A DNA stretch of 64,000 bases, taken from assembly GCA_963663805.2 (NCBI GenBank), contig CAXXMR010000019.1:128001-192000 (forward strand). The letters run 5' to 3'. Below the pieces are notes generated by a model. The model was not told the origin of the DNA. It saw only the letters and a program-made list of their open reading frames with translations, and searched no databases. This document shows, piece by piece, positions 1 through 8,387 of the stretch. Source of the stretch: Sedimentisphaerales bacterium (GTDB lineage: Bacteria; Planctomycetota; Phycisphaerae; Sedimentisphaerales; SM23-30). Numbering within the stretch: position 1 is the stretch's first letter; the number at the start of each line of letters is the position of its first letter. Both the position numbers and the translations under genes were made by a program.

Positions 1-539
1 ATCAAACGCAAGGCAAAGAATTATTGCGGCCTGGAGCGAAATCTGCCCCGGAGGGTTCAGGGCAGCCATAAATTCGGCTTTAAAGCCATCCGAAGTGACC
101 TTGGCTTCCTGTGGTATGTTTTGATGTTCAAGAAAAATTTGAATGCTCCCATCCGCACCGCATTAAAAAATATCAAGCCCGGCAAAAGAATCATCGAGCT
201 GAGTTCCCCGCAAGCGGTCGCGGAATTTGCCGGCAGTATATAACGGGGGGGGGCAAAAAGGTGTAAGGTGCATTTCTCTGAAGCCCCTGATTTGGCGAAA
301 CTTCGTAGGTCCACCGCCGGGGGGAGTTTTTTTTGATTATTCTTGCAATTTCCGGGTTTTTATAATAGATTCACCGTAGATTTCATTGTCGCGGTGCTTT
401 TTGGGCCGTGGCGGATGTTTAATTTAGTAGAAGGGGCCTGTCGTTTTAAGCCCGGTTGCGGATTGTTGGTGGATGATGATCTTGAAATATCTTTATGTTG
501 CGCGGGGCACGTCAGCTATTAGCTTCTTAGGAAAACTTA

Positions 540-2144
540 ATGTCTGATATCTACAAACTTATTCTGGCATTACACTCATCAAAGCCATGGTCTAGCTGGC
601 GGAGCCAGCCAAATAAAGTTCAGACACTTAGGTCAATCTCTGAAATCGGTACGCCTTTTACGATATCGTCAATATTCCAATTTGTTTTTTCTGGCAATAA
701 GAGTATTTCTCTTGAGGCAGCTATTGCTGTTCGTGATCTGATTTCAAAAACAAAACTCTCTCAATGGACAAAACTTTATCCTTCATTCCAATATATTAAC
801 ATTTCCGAAAGTCAATTACGAAAACTCCGTCAATTTCCTAGTTCTTTACAAATTCATCTTTTGGGGATTGCATCCCTGAACGGAAATGGGTATATCCGGC
901 AAGAAGCTGTTCAAGCGTTGCAGAGTTTCACTTCACCCGAGAAGATTCCATACATTATGCTGCGGCTCAGCGATTGGGTATCTCAAGTTCGAAACGTTGC
1001 CGAGTTTGCTTTTAGCGAATGCTTGAAAAAGGAATACGCCGAAGCATTCTTGTCTTATGTTTGCATCATAGATAGTATGACTCGTGTTGAAAGATTTGAT
1101 CTTTCTTTAATTGAAGATCAAATAACTTTGTTTTTAACATCTGAGGATTCAGTCGAACATTTGCAAAAGGCGTTAGGTCACTCCGATACAAGAGTTCGTT
1201 TATTTTGTTACAGATTATTGCTTCGCAAGTCTTTAGGTGACCTCTGTCTGATTGAGAAAGGGGCCAGAGACACAGATTCTAAAGTTCGCTCATTAGTATT
1301 ACAAAAGCTACAGGATACTCCAATTGAACATAAGATAAAGTATTTTTACATTTTCCTGCGAGATCCTTCACCGAAAATATGTTCAGCAGTAATGATGTCA
1401 ATTCCTGAGGCTTACTGGCAAGAATTTCGCAATATAATTGTCGACAATATTTTCAATAAATCCGCCTCAATCAGAAATACGGCAAGATTTCTTTTGCAAA
1501 AACATGAAGATTTTGACTTTGCTGTCCAATATCGAAAGCGTATTAAAGCTGGGCTTGTTTCGCAAGGCACGCTGTCGGGTTTGGCTGAAACCGGCAGTGA
1601 GGAAGATTTTGATGTTCTCATAAGATTTACAGACTATTCACGTTCCAAAGCCAGAGCAGCCGCACTGGCTGGTTTGCATAGACTTAACCCGAAATTATCA
1701 ATCCCTCTGCTAATTAAAGCTTTGAGAGATCCTGCGGCAAGAGTTAGGCGTGCAAGTTGTAAGATACTCTGCAAATATCGCCATTACGACAGAAACTTAG
1801 TAAGACAAATTTTCAAAGATGGTGCAGCTAATAGCAAGATTACTGCTTTGAGAGTATTGTGTGATTCTTTGGATTGGGATTCTCTGGAAGATATTTTTCT
1901 AATGATAGCTGACAAAGAAGAGTGTGTCCGAAATGCTGCGTGGAGCATATATGTAAAATGGTTCCAGAGGCGCAGCGTTAATAATTGGGTAAAACCTTCT
2001 CGGCAAGTTTTGTATTCGTTGGAGGCCAAACTCAAGGAGTTTGACTCAATGCCAGTAAATATCCCGGATTTGGTCGCGGAGGAATGGAGGGGACTACCGG
2101 TCTTACTTGAATCTGGTAAAAAAATATGGAAGCTAGGGAAGTGA
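540..2144 (+). CDS. HEAT-repeat-containing protein (AT-rich, accessory)
   Basis: 534-aa ORF with recurring HEAT-like motifs (NGYIRQEAVQAL, DWVSQVRNVA, DTRVRLFCY, DPAARVRRAS); visibly more AT-rich than neighbouring genes. Confidence 0.75.
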   Translation: MSDIYKLILALHSSKPWSSWRSQPNKVQTLRSISEIGTPFTISSIFQFVFSGNKSISLEAAIAVRDLISKTKLSQWTKLYPSFQYINISESQLRKLRQFPSSLQIHLLGIASLNGNGYIRQEAVQALQSFTSPEKIPYIMLRLSDWVSQVRNVAEFAFSECLKKEYAEAFLSYVCIIDSMTRVERFDLSLIEDQITLFLTSEDSVEHLQKALGHSDTRVRLFCYRLLLRKSLGDLCLIEKGARDTDSKVRSLVLQKLQDTPIEHKIKYFYIFLRDPSPKICSAVMMSIPEAYWQEFRNIIVDNIFNKSASIRNTARFLLQKHEDFDFAVQYRKRIKAGLVSQGTLSGLAETGSEEDFDVLIRFTDYSRSKARAAALAGLHRLNPKLSIPLLIKALRDPAARVRRASCKILCKYRHYDRNLVRQIFKDGAANSKITALRVLCDSLDWDSLEDIFLMIADKEECVRNAAWSIYVKWFQRRSVNNWVKPSRQVLYSLEAKLKEFDSMPVNIPDLVAEEWRGLPVLLESGKKIWKLGK

Positions 2145-2181
2145 CGGTGTCCGGGGGAAGTGACGGTGTCCGGTACATTTA
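2136..2181 (+). repeat. Dispersed 19-bp motif ACGGTGTCCGGTACATTTA with a 19-bp tandem duplication
   Basis: GGGAAGTGACGGTGTCCGG repeated at 2136-2154 and 2155-2173; full motif at 2163-2181; identical copies at 3500, 21843, 55558(-), 55959(-). Confidence 0.95.
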
Positions 2182-2403
2182 TTTTTCCTTTTGCGGTAAA
2201 GACTTGTGAAATAATTGGTTCCGGGGAATTTCTTTTTCTTGAGAAGGGCCGCCGGGTGAAAAATACCGGAAAAACACTTGTGTTTGCCGAGCAATTCCCT
2301 TATTATTATAATTGTTAAAAGGCTCAGCCCCTTACAGTTGGTTCCGTGCGTGATGAGGGAGCGGAGGCATTTCAAGGCAGTTTCTTTGGGCAAGGAGAAA
2401 ATA

Positions 2404-3285
2404 ATGTTCAAGGCAATCCTGGTTTCATTGGTGTTTTTGACCTCTTTTACTTTTACTTTTACTTTTGCTTTTGCTGATTGCCCGGCGGCTGACATAAACG
2501 GCGACTGCCGGGTTGATCTGGAAGATTTAGCTATTCTGGCCTCGGAATGGCTGACGTATGGATTTCCCGAAGGACCGGCGGGCATGGTCTGGGTGTCTAT
2601 CAACGATCCGGGTGTTTCCGGCCACGAAGGCTTCAATGGTCAGATGAGCCGATACGAAACGACCAATGCCCAATATGCTCAGTATCTCAATGCCGCCCGG
2701 GTTTCCGGTGATATTACAGTCAGCGGCAATTATGTTGTAGGCAACAGCGGTCCTTATTCCGGTGAGAATTATTATCGACTTGATGGTTCCGGCTATACTA
2801 CCGATGGGGTCACCAACGGCGGTGCGGCCCGAGTCAACTGGACGGGCAGTTCGTTCACGGTTGACAGCGGTTTTGAGAATCACCCGGTAACTTATGTGAG
2901 CTGGTATGGTGCCACGGCCTTTGCGAGCTACTACGGCTGGCGTCTGCCGACGGAGTGGGAATGGCAGGCGGTGGCAGATTACGACGGCAGCTATACCTAT
3001 GGCTGCGGGACGAGCATCAATACCAGCATTGCCAACTATCTGGGCGCCATCCATCCATACGGCACCACGGCAGTTGGTGCCTTCGGAACATCTGGCTACG
3101 GGATGACGGATATGACAGGCAATGTTTGGGAGTGGACCAGCGGCTTATATGATCCCGCAGATAGCTACCGCGTTCTGCGCGGCGGCGGCTGGAGCAGCAG
3201 CGACGTCAGCTGTTCGTTCTCGTACCGCAACGGCAGCTTCCCGTACGGCCTGTACCGCAGCTACGGCTTCCGGGTGTGTCGTTGA
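2404..3285 (+). CDS. Secreted dockerin-like + FGE-sulfatase (SUMF1, C-type lectin fold) protein; probable DGR target
   Basis: AAGGAG RBS before ATG 2404; signal peptide; ADINGDCRVDLEDLAILASEWL dockerin/EF-like motif; HPVTYVSW, RLPTEWEW, DMTGNVWEW, RVLRGGGW...GFRVCR FGE motifs. Confidence 0.9.
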   Translation: MFKAILVSLVFLTSFTFTFTFAFADCPAADINGDCRVDLEDLAILASEWLTYGFPEGPAGMVWVSINDPGVSGHEGFNGQMSRYETTNAQYAQYLNAARVSGDITVSGNYVVGNSGPYSGENYYRLDGSGYTTDGVTNGGAARVNWTGSSFTVDSGFENHPVTYVSWYGATAFASYYGWRLPTEWEWQAVADYDGSYTYGCGTSINTSIANYLGAIHPYGTTAVGAFGTSGYGMTDMTGNVWEWTSGLYDPADSYRVLRGGGWSSSDVSCSFSYRNGSFPYGLYRSYGFRVCR

Positions 3286-3434
3286 GTGCTCCTGCTCCTG
3301 GATTTATTTATCCTTTGCTCTTTGTTCTTTTACCCTTTGCGGGGTCCAGGGGCGCAGCCTCTAGGAAACGAATTGCTGTCTGGTACATTTGTTTTTCCGT
3401 AATTCAGATGTCAGAAATCAGCAGAAAAAACATG

Positions 3435-3492
3435 AACCACGAAGTTCACGAAGAAATATTATTGAAATCTTAAAACTTCGTGTCCTTCGCGG
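3435..3492. repeat. REP-like imperfect inverted repeat (ACCACGAA...TTCGYGG type)
   Basis: AACCACGAAGTTCACGAAG ... CTTCGTGTCCTTCGCGG; similar structures at 3667-3741 and 22065-22136. Confidence 0.7.
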
Positions 3493-3499
3493 GAAACGA

Positions 3500-3631
3500 A
3501 CGGTGTCCGGTACATTTATTCCTCCCGGCCCCGGATAATAAAAACCGACTGAACCCCACCACCTCGGGTTTATCGTTCTTAAGAGGAAGGCAAGAGGCAA
3601 GAGTGAAGGTTTGGCCTCCGGCCAGTTGAAA
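3500..3631 (+). repeat. Dispersed repeat module A, copy 1 (starts with the 19-bp motif)
   Basis: Matches 21843-21981 with 6 substitutions and one 7-bp indel by manual alignment. Confidence 0.95.
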
Positions 3632-3666
3632 CCTTATCAATGCCGTATTCAGCAGAAAAAATCTGG

Positions 3667-3741
3667 ACCACGAAGGCACGAAGGACACGAAGTTAAAAGA
3701 ATTCTTAATATTTTCTTCGTGAACTTCGTGTCCTTCGTGGT
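3667..3741. repeat. REP-like inverted repeat
   Basis: ACCACGAAGGCACGAAGGACACGAAG ... CTTCGTGAACTTCGTGTCCTTCGTGGT. Confidence 0.8.
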
Positions 3742-3772
3742 GACAAATCAGAAATCAGAGATCAGATGTCAG

Positions 3773-4268
3773 TTGTCAGCCGAAAAACGGCTTAATAATG
3801 CTGATAATCCCGAAAACTTAACCTTGCCGACCGAAGGGGCAGGTTATCACAGATTTACCGTCCCATAAAAACCCCGGCGGCGTAACGGCGCTTTTAGCGC
3901 AGCGGCTGCGACTAAGTCGTAAGAGCTGCGCTTAAAGCGCAGGAGCTACGACTAAAGGAATCAGAGCTGCGCTAAAGTCGCAGGGGCTGCGACGAACTGC
4001 ATCGTCTCTGCGCTAAAGTCGCCAGAGCTGCGACAAAAGCGCAGAAGCTGCGACTAAAGGAATTATCTCTGCGACAAAGTCGCGGGAGCTGCGCTTAAAG
4101 CGCAGAGGCTGCGACAAAAGAATAATCCCGCCGATCTAAGCGCAGCTCCCCCGACAAAAGCGCCATCTCCCCGATTTAATCCTCGGCCCGCCGCCAAAAT
4201 CGCAGCTTCGCTGCTTTAGTCGCCAGTCAGCCGGTTAAAGGAAAACTCCTCCGCTCAAGCGGTCGCAT
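3773..4268 (+). repeat. Dispersed element B, copy 1: ~110-bp leader plus ~19 tandem 20/21-bp palindromic units
   Basis: Units start at 3886, 3906, 3926, 3946, 3967, 3987, 4008, 4028, 4048, 4069, 4089, 4109... (e.g. CTGCGCTTAAAGCGCAGGAG, CTGCGACAAAGTCGCGGGAG); leader and last four units are homologous to 22212-22688. Confidence 0.9.
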
Positions 4269-4448
4269 TGCGGCAAAAACGCCGGGTGTCCGGGCGGATG
4301 AACTGATTTAACTAACTGGGCGGCAGGGAGTTGTTGTATTATTGGCTGAGGCGGGGGAGTTTTTGGTTTTTTGTTTGGCTGAGGCGAGCTTTGGACTAAA
4401 ATCTAATAGGTACGGATATGAATGTAAATATTTATTCGAGTGAGATGT

Positions 4449-7343
4449 ATGGATAGACAACAGCAGCGTGAGGCGTTGGGGGCTGAGCTGGGCCGGGCGG
4501 TCAGGGGGCAGGTTCGTATTGATGCTATGGCTTTGGCGTTGTATAGCACTGACGCGAGTATCTATCAGATTGAGCCGCTGGCGGTGGTGCTGCCGGTCGA
4601 TAGCGATGATGTGGCGGCGGCGGTGGCTTATGCCGCTCGGAACAAGCTCAGCATCGTGCCGCGCGGGGGCGGCAGTGGTTTGGCGGGCGAAGCGGTTGGG
4701 CCGGGGATTGTCATCGATATGAGCCGGTTTATGAACCGCATTGGGCGGGTCGATGCCGAAGCTAATGAAGTTGTGGTTGGTCCGGGGGTGATATTGGCGG
4801 AACTTAATCAACAATTGGCGGCGGTCGGTAAGCAGTTTGGGCCGGACCCGGCCAGCGGGAATCGGGCGACTATCGGCGGGATGACGGGTAATAACGCTAC
4901 CGGTGCCCATTCTTTGAAATTTGGTTATACCGGTGCGCATATTCGCTCGGCGAAAATCGTGGCTGCTGATGGTGAACTGCTGGAAGTGGGACGCTATGCT
5001 AACGCCGCCGGTCAGGTCGGTCGGGTGGGTAAGTGGGCTGAGCAGATTGATGGACTGATTAAAGAACATCGGGATGCCCTTATCAAGGCGCGGCCGGAAC
5101 CGGAGCGGAACGGCAGCGGGTATAATCTGTATCCTTTTATTGACCATGATGATTTTCCGCTGGTGGAGCTGCTGGCCGGCTCGGAGGGTACGCTGGCGGT
5201 TGTTACCGAGGCGACGTTGGGGCTGGTGGATTTGCCGCCGGTTAAGATGCTGCTCCAGGTTAATTTTGATTCTCTGTCGAAAATGGGTCAGGCTGTCCCT
5301 GAAATACTCAAGCTCGACCCGTCGGCCTGTGAGTTGATGGATGGGAAGCTGCTCAAGATGGCGCGTGATGCCTATCCGCGTTATCATGATGTATTGCCGG
5401 ACAAGATCGCGGCTTCGCTGCTGGTGGAATTTGATGGGGCTACGGAATCCGAAGTAAATCAAAAACTCACTAAGGCCCGCCAATTTGTCGAACAGTTCGC
5501 TTCTAACATGAAACCAGTGTTCATCAAAGAAGTAACCAGTCCGGCGGTTCAGGCTCGGATATGGGCGGCTCGGAAGGCGGCGGTTCCTTTGCTGTTTCGT
5601 ACCGACGGGGAGACTCAGCCGATCCCGGTGATAGAAGATATCGCGGTGCCGCCAGCGCGGCTTGATGAATATCTCTGCAAACTCGACGAAATTACTAAGC
5701 GTATGGGTGTGCCGATGGCTTATTACGCTCACGCGGGGCACGGCGAGCTGCATACGCGGCCTTATCTGAACCTGCGACTTAAAGAAGATGTTCAGAAAAT
5801 GAAAGACCTGGCCGAGGAAGTTTTTGAGATGGTCTGGCAGTTGGGTGGGACTATCAGCGGAGAGCATGGCGAGGGGATTGTGCGGGCTTCGTTTATCAAG
5901 AGGCAGTACGGCGAAGAAGTTTATAATCTGTTCAAGTCGGTCAAGGGTGTTTTCGACCCGGATAATGTGATGAACCCCGGCAAGATAATCAATGAAGACC
6001 CGGAAGCCATGACCAGTAATCTGCGTTTGCAAAATCGTCCGGTGATGAACTATAAGACCAATCTTATTTTTCGGCCCGGCGAGTTTGTTAATGAGATGGA
6101 AAAGTGCAGCGGTGACGGTCTTTGCCGGTCGAAGGATGTGCTGCTGAGTATGTGCCCGATTTTTCGGGCGTTAGGTGATGAAGAATCAAGTCCTCGTGGT
6201 AAGATTAACCTCATGCGCAATTGGCTAATCGGCAAGCTGGACCCGGAGATTCTAGGGACCGATGAGTTCAAGGCTGTCGCGGATCTTTGCGTAAATTGCA
6301 AGATGTGCGTCCGCGAATGCCCGTCGCTGGTTAATACACCGAAGCTAATGATGGAGGCCCGGGTTGAATATGTGCGTCGTCACGGGTTGACCCGTCCTCA
6401 GTTCGCGCTGGTCAACAGTGAATGGATGAGCCGACTGAGTTCGACTTTTGGGCCGTTGGCAAACTTCTTTTTACAGACCGGCTGGTTCCGGGCGATTATG
6501 CAGACAGTGCTTGGCCTTGATAAACGTCGTCCCATGCCGCCTTTTGAGATGGGCAGTAACCTTCATAAGCTGCGCAAGCATATCGCGTCGCTGCCTGAAT
6601 TGGCCGCTCCGCAGGCGAAGGTGGCTTATTTTGTTGACCTCTACGCGAACTTCAATGACCATCAGCTCGGTCGTGCTGTTGTCGATATTCTTCACCATAA
6701 TAATATTGAAGTAACCGTCCCGCCGCAGATGGGGGTCTCTATGCCGGCGATAACTTATGGTGCGATCAAGACTGCTAAAAAAGCCATTGCTTATAATGTG
6801 GATTATCTCGCGCGGGCAGTGAAGGAAGGTTATACTGTTGTTTGCAGCGAACCGACCGCGGCTTTGGCATTGCAGGAAGAATATCTTGATTTGGTGGATG
6901 ACGAGCAAGCCAGACTTGTTGCCGAAAATACCGTTGAGCTGACCGACTTCCTCAGCTCGCTGCATAAAGACGGCAAACTCAAAACTGATTTTCGGGCCCA
7001 GAAAATGACGCTGGCTTATCATGTGCCGTGTCATTACAAAGCACTGAATATTGAAGGCGGGACGCTTGAGCTTCTGTCGCTTATTCCTGGTCTGGAAATT
7101 GAACGCTTGCCTAACAGCTGCTGTGGGATAGCGGGGACGTTCGGGTTTCAGAAAAAGAATTTCGATTTATCCATGAAGGCGGGCGAACCGATGCTGGCGG
7201 TTTACTCCCAAAGCAAAGCTGATTACGGGCTGACCGAATGCGGGACATGTAAAATGCAGATGGAGCTGGCGGGCGATAAAAAGGTGCTGCATCCGGCGAA
7301 AATTCTCGCCCACGCTTATGGCCTGGGACAGTATATAATCTAA
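4449..7343 (+). CDS. FAD-binding oxidoreductase with 4Fe-4S and CCG domains (GlcD/GlcF fusion, YdiJ-like)
   Basis: PRGGGSGLAG FAD motif; GSEGTL; HAGHGELH; SGEHGEG; CVNCKMCVRECP ferredoxin motif; C-terminal CCGIAG. Confidence 0.9.
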   Translation: MDRQQQREALGAELGRAVRGQVRIDAMALALYSTDASIYQIEPLAVVLPVDSDDVAAAVAYAARNKLSIVPRGGGSGLAGEAVGPGIVIDMSRFMNRIGRVDAEANEVVVGPGVILAELNQQLAAVGKQFGPDPASGNRATIGGMTGNNATGAHSLKFGYTGAHIRSAKIVAADGELLEVGRYANAAGQVGRVGKWAEQIDGLIKEHRDALIKARPEPERNGSGYNLYPFIDHDDFPLVELLAGSEGTLAVVTEATLGLVDLPPVKMLLQVNFDSLSKMGQAVPEILKLDPSACELMDGKLLKMARDAYPRYHDVLPDKIAASLLVEFDGATESEVNQKLTKARQFVEQFASNMKPVFIKEVTSPAVQARIWAARKAAVPLLFRTDGETQPIPVIEDIAVPPARLDEYLCKLDEITKRMGVPMAYYAHAGHGELHTRPYLNLRLKEDVQKMKDLAEEVFEMVWQLGGTISGEHGEGIVRASFIKRQYGEEVYNLFKSVKGVFDPDNVMNPGKIINEDPEAMTSNLRLQNRPVMNYKTNLIFRPGEFVNEMEKCSGDGLCRSKDVLLSMCPIFRALGDEESSPRGKINLMRNWLIGKLDPEILGTDEFKAVADLCVNCKMCVRECPSLVNTPKLMMEARVEYVRRHGLTRPQFALVNSEWMSRLSSTFGPLANFFLQTGWFRAIMQTVLGLDKRRPMPPFEMGSNLHKLRKHIASLPELAAPQAKVAYFVDLYANFNDHQLGRAVVDILHHNNIEVTVPPQMGVSMPAITYGAIKTAKKAIAYNVDYLARAVKEGYTVVCSEPTAALALQEEYLDLVDDEQARLVAENTVELTDFLSSLHKDGKLKTDFRAQKMTLAYHVPCHYKALNIEGGTLELLSLIPGLEIERLPNSCCGIAGTFGFQKKNFDLSMKAGEPMLAVYSQSKADYGLTECGTCKMQMELAGDKKVLHPAKILAHAYGLGQYII

Positions 7344-7361
7344 ATTAATCGGAGAGTTGAG

Positions 7362-8387
7362 GTGTCGGAACAAATTGTCGAAGCGGTGTTGTGGGAATCG
7401 GCTGAGAATAATAATGTTCGCTGCAAGCTCTGTAATTTTCGCTGCGAAATCAAGCCGGGACACCGAGGTATCTGCAAGGTGCGTCAGAATCTTGAGGGCA
7501 GGCTCTATTCGCTCAATGCCCGTGCTGTCTGCTCGGCCGCAGTGGACCCGATTGAGAAAAAACCTTTGTTTCACTTTTTGCCCGGCAGTCATGCATTTTC
7601 CATCGCTGCTGTGGGATGTAATTTTCAGTGTGATTTCTGTCAGAACTGGCAGATAAGTCAATGGCCTCGCATGCGTCAGGGTGTCCCTGGCGAAATGTCT
7701 CAGCCCCAGGCTATCGTTGATGCCGCCCGCCGCAGTGATTGCGGCAGTATAGCTTATACTTATACCGAGCCGACGATTTTTATGGAGCTGGCGGGGGCTT
7801 GTGGAGAGATCGCTCGCGGGGAAGGCATTAGGAATATTTTTGTCAGTAACGGTTATCTAACCGCCGAAGCTCTGGACTATGCCAAAGTTTGGCTTGACGG
7901 GATTAATGTGGACCTGAAGGCTTTTAATGATGATTTTTACAGGCGACATTGCAAGGCATCCCTTAATCCGGTGCTGGATACTTTGGGGCGTATCGCGAAC
8001 GAAACTGATATTTGGCTGGAGGTTACTACGTTGATAATTCCCGGCGAGAACGATTCGGCTGATGAGCTTAAGCAGTTGGCCCGATTTATCGCTGATGAGC
8101 TTGGCGTTGATATACCCTGGCATATAAGCAGGTTTCACCCGCAATACAATTTGAAAGAAATAACAGCGACCAGCCAGGCCACTCTAAAGGCTGCTTACGA
8201 AATCGGTAAAAACGCCGGCCTGCGACATATCTATGTCGGCAATCTGCCTGGTTCGGGATGCGAAAGCACCTACTGTCATCAATGCGGGAATTTGCTCATT
8301 GAGCGAACGGGATATCAGTTAGGGCAGGTCAATCTCGAAGATGGAAAATGTCCCCGATGCCAAATGCCGCTGGCGGGCAAGTTTTAA
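7362..8387 (+). CDS. amrS: AmmeMemoRadiSam system radical SAM enzyme
   Basis: CKLCNFRC...GICKVR N-terminus, DPIEKKPLFHF, CNFQCDFCQNW (CxxxCxxC), YTYTEPT, HISRFHP, C-terminal Zn ribbon. Confidence 0.88.
   Translation: MSEQIVEAVLWESAENNNVRCKLCNFRCEIKPGHRGICKVRQNLEGRLYSLNARAVCSAAVDPIEKKPLFHFLPGSHAFSIAAVGCNFQCDFCQNWQISQWPRMRQGVPGEMSQPQAIVDAARRSDCGSIAYTYTEPTIFMELAGACGEIARGEGIRNIFVSNGYLTAEALDYAKVWLDGINVDLKAFNDDFYRRHCKASLNPVLDTLGRIANETDIWLEVTTLIIPGENDSADELKQLARFIADELGVDIPWHISRFHPQYNLKEITATSQATLKAAYEIGKNAGLRHIYVGNLPGSGCESTYCHQCGNLLIERTGYQLGQVNLEDGKCPRCQMPLAGKF

Noticed and set aside
2446..2475. TTTACT/TTTGCT hexamer repeats in the FGE signal peptide as a contingency locus
   Set aside because: In-frame and short; copy-number change would not switch expression
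3886..4268. 20/21-bp arrays (also 22325-22688) as CRISPR
   Set aside because: No constant repeat alternating with unique ~30-bp spacers; units abut directly and are degenerate; no cas genes in the window
4308..6032. 574-aa minus-strand ORF
   Set aside because: Antisense shadow of the well-supported FAD oxidoreductase; no motifs
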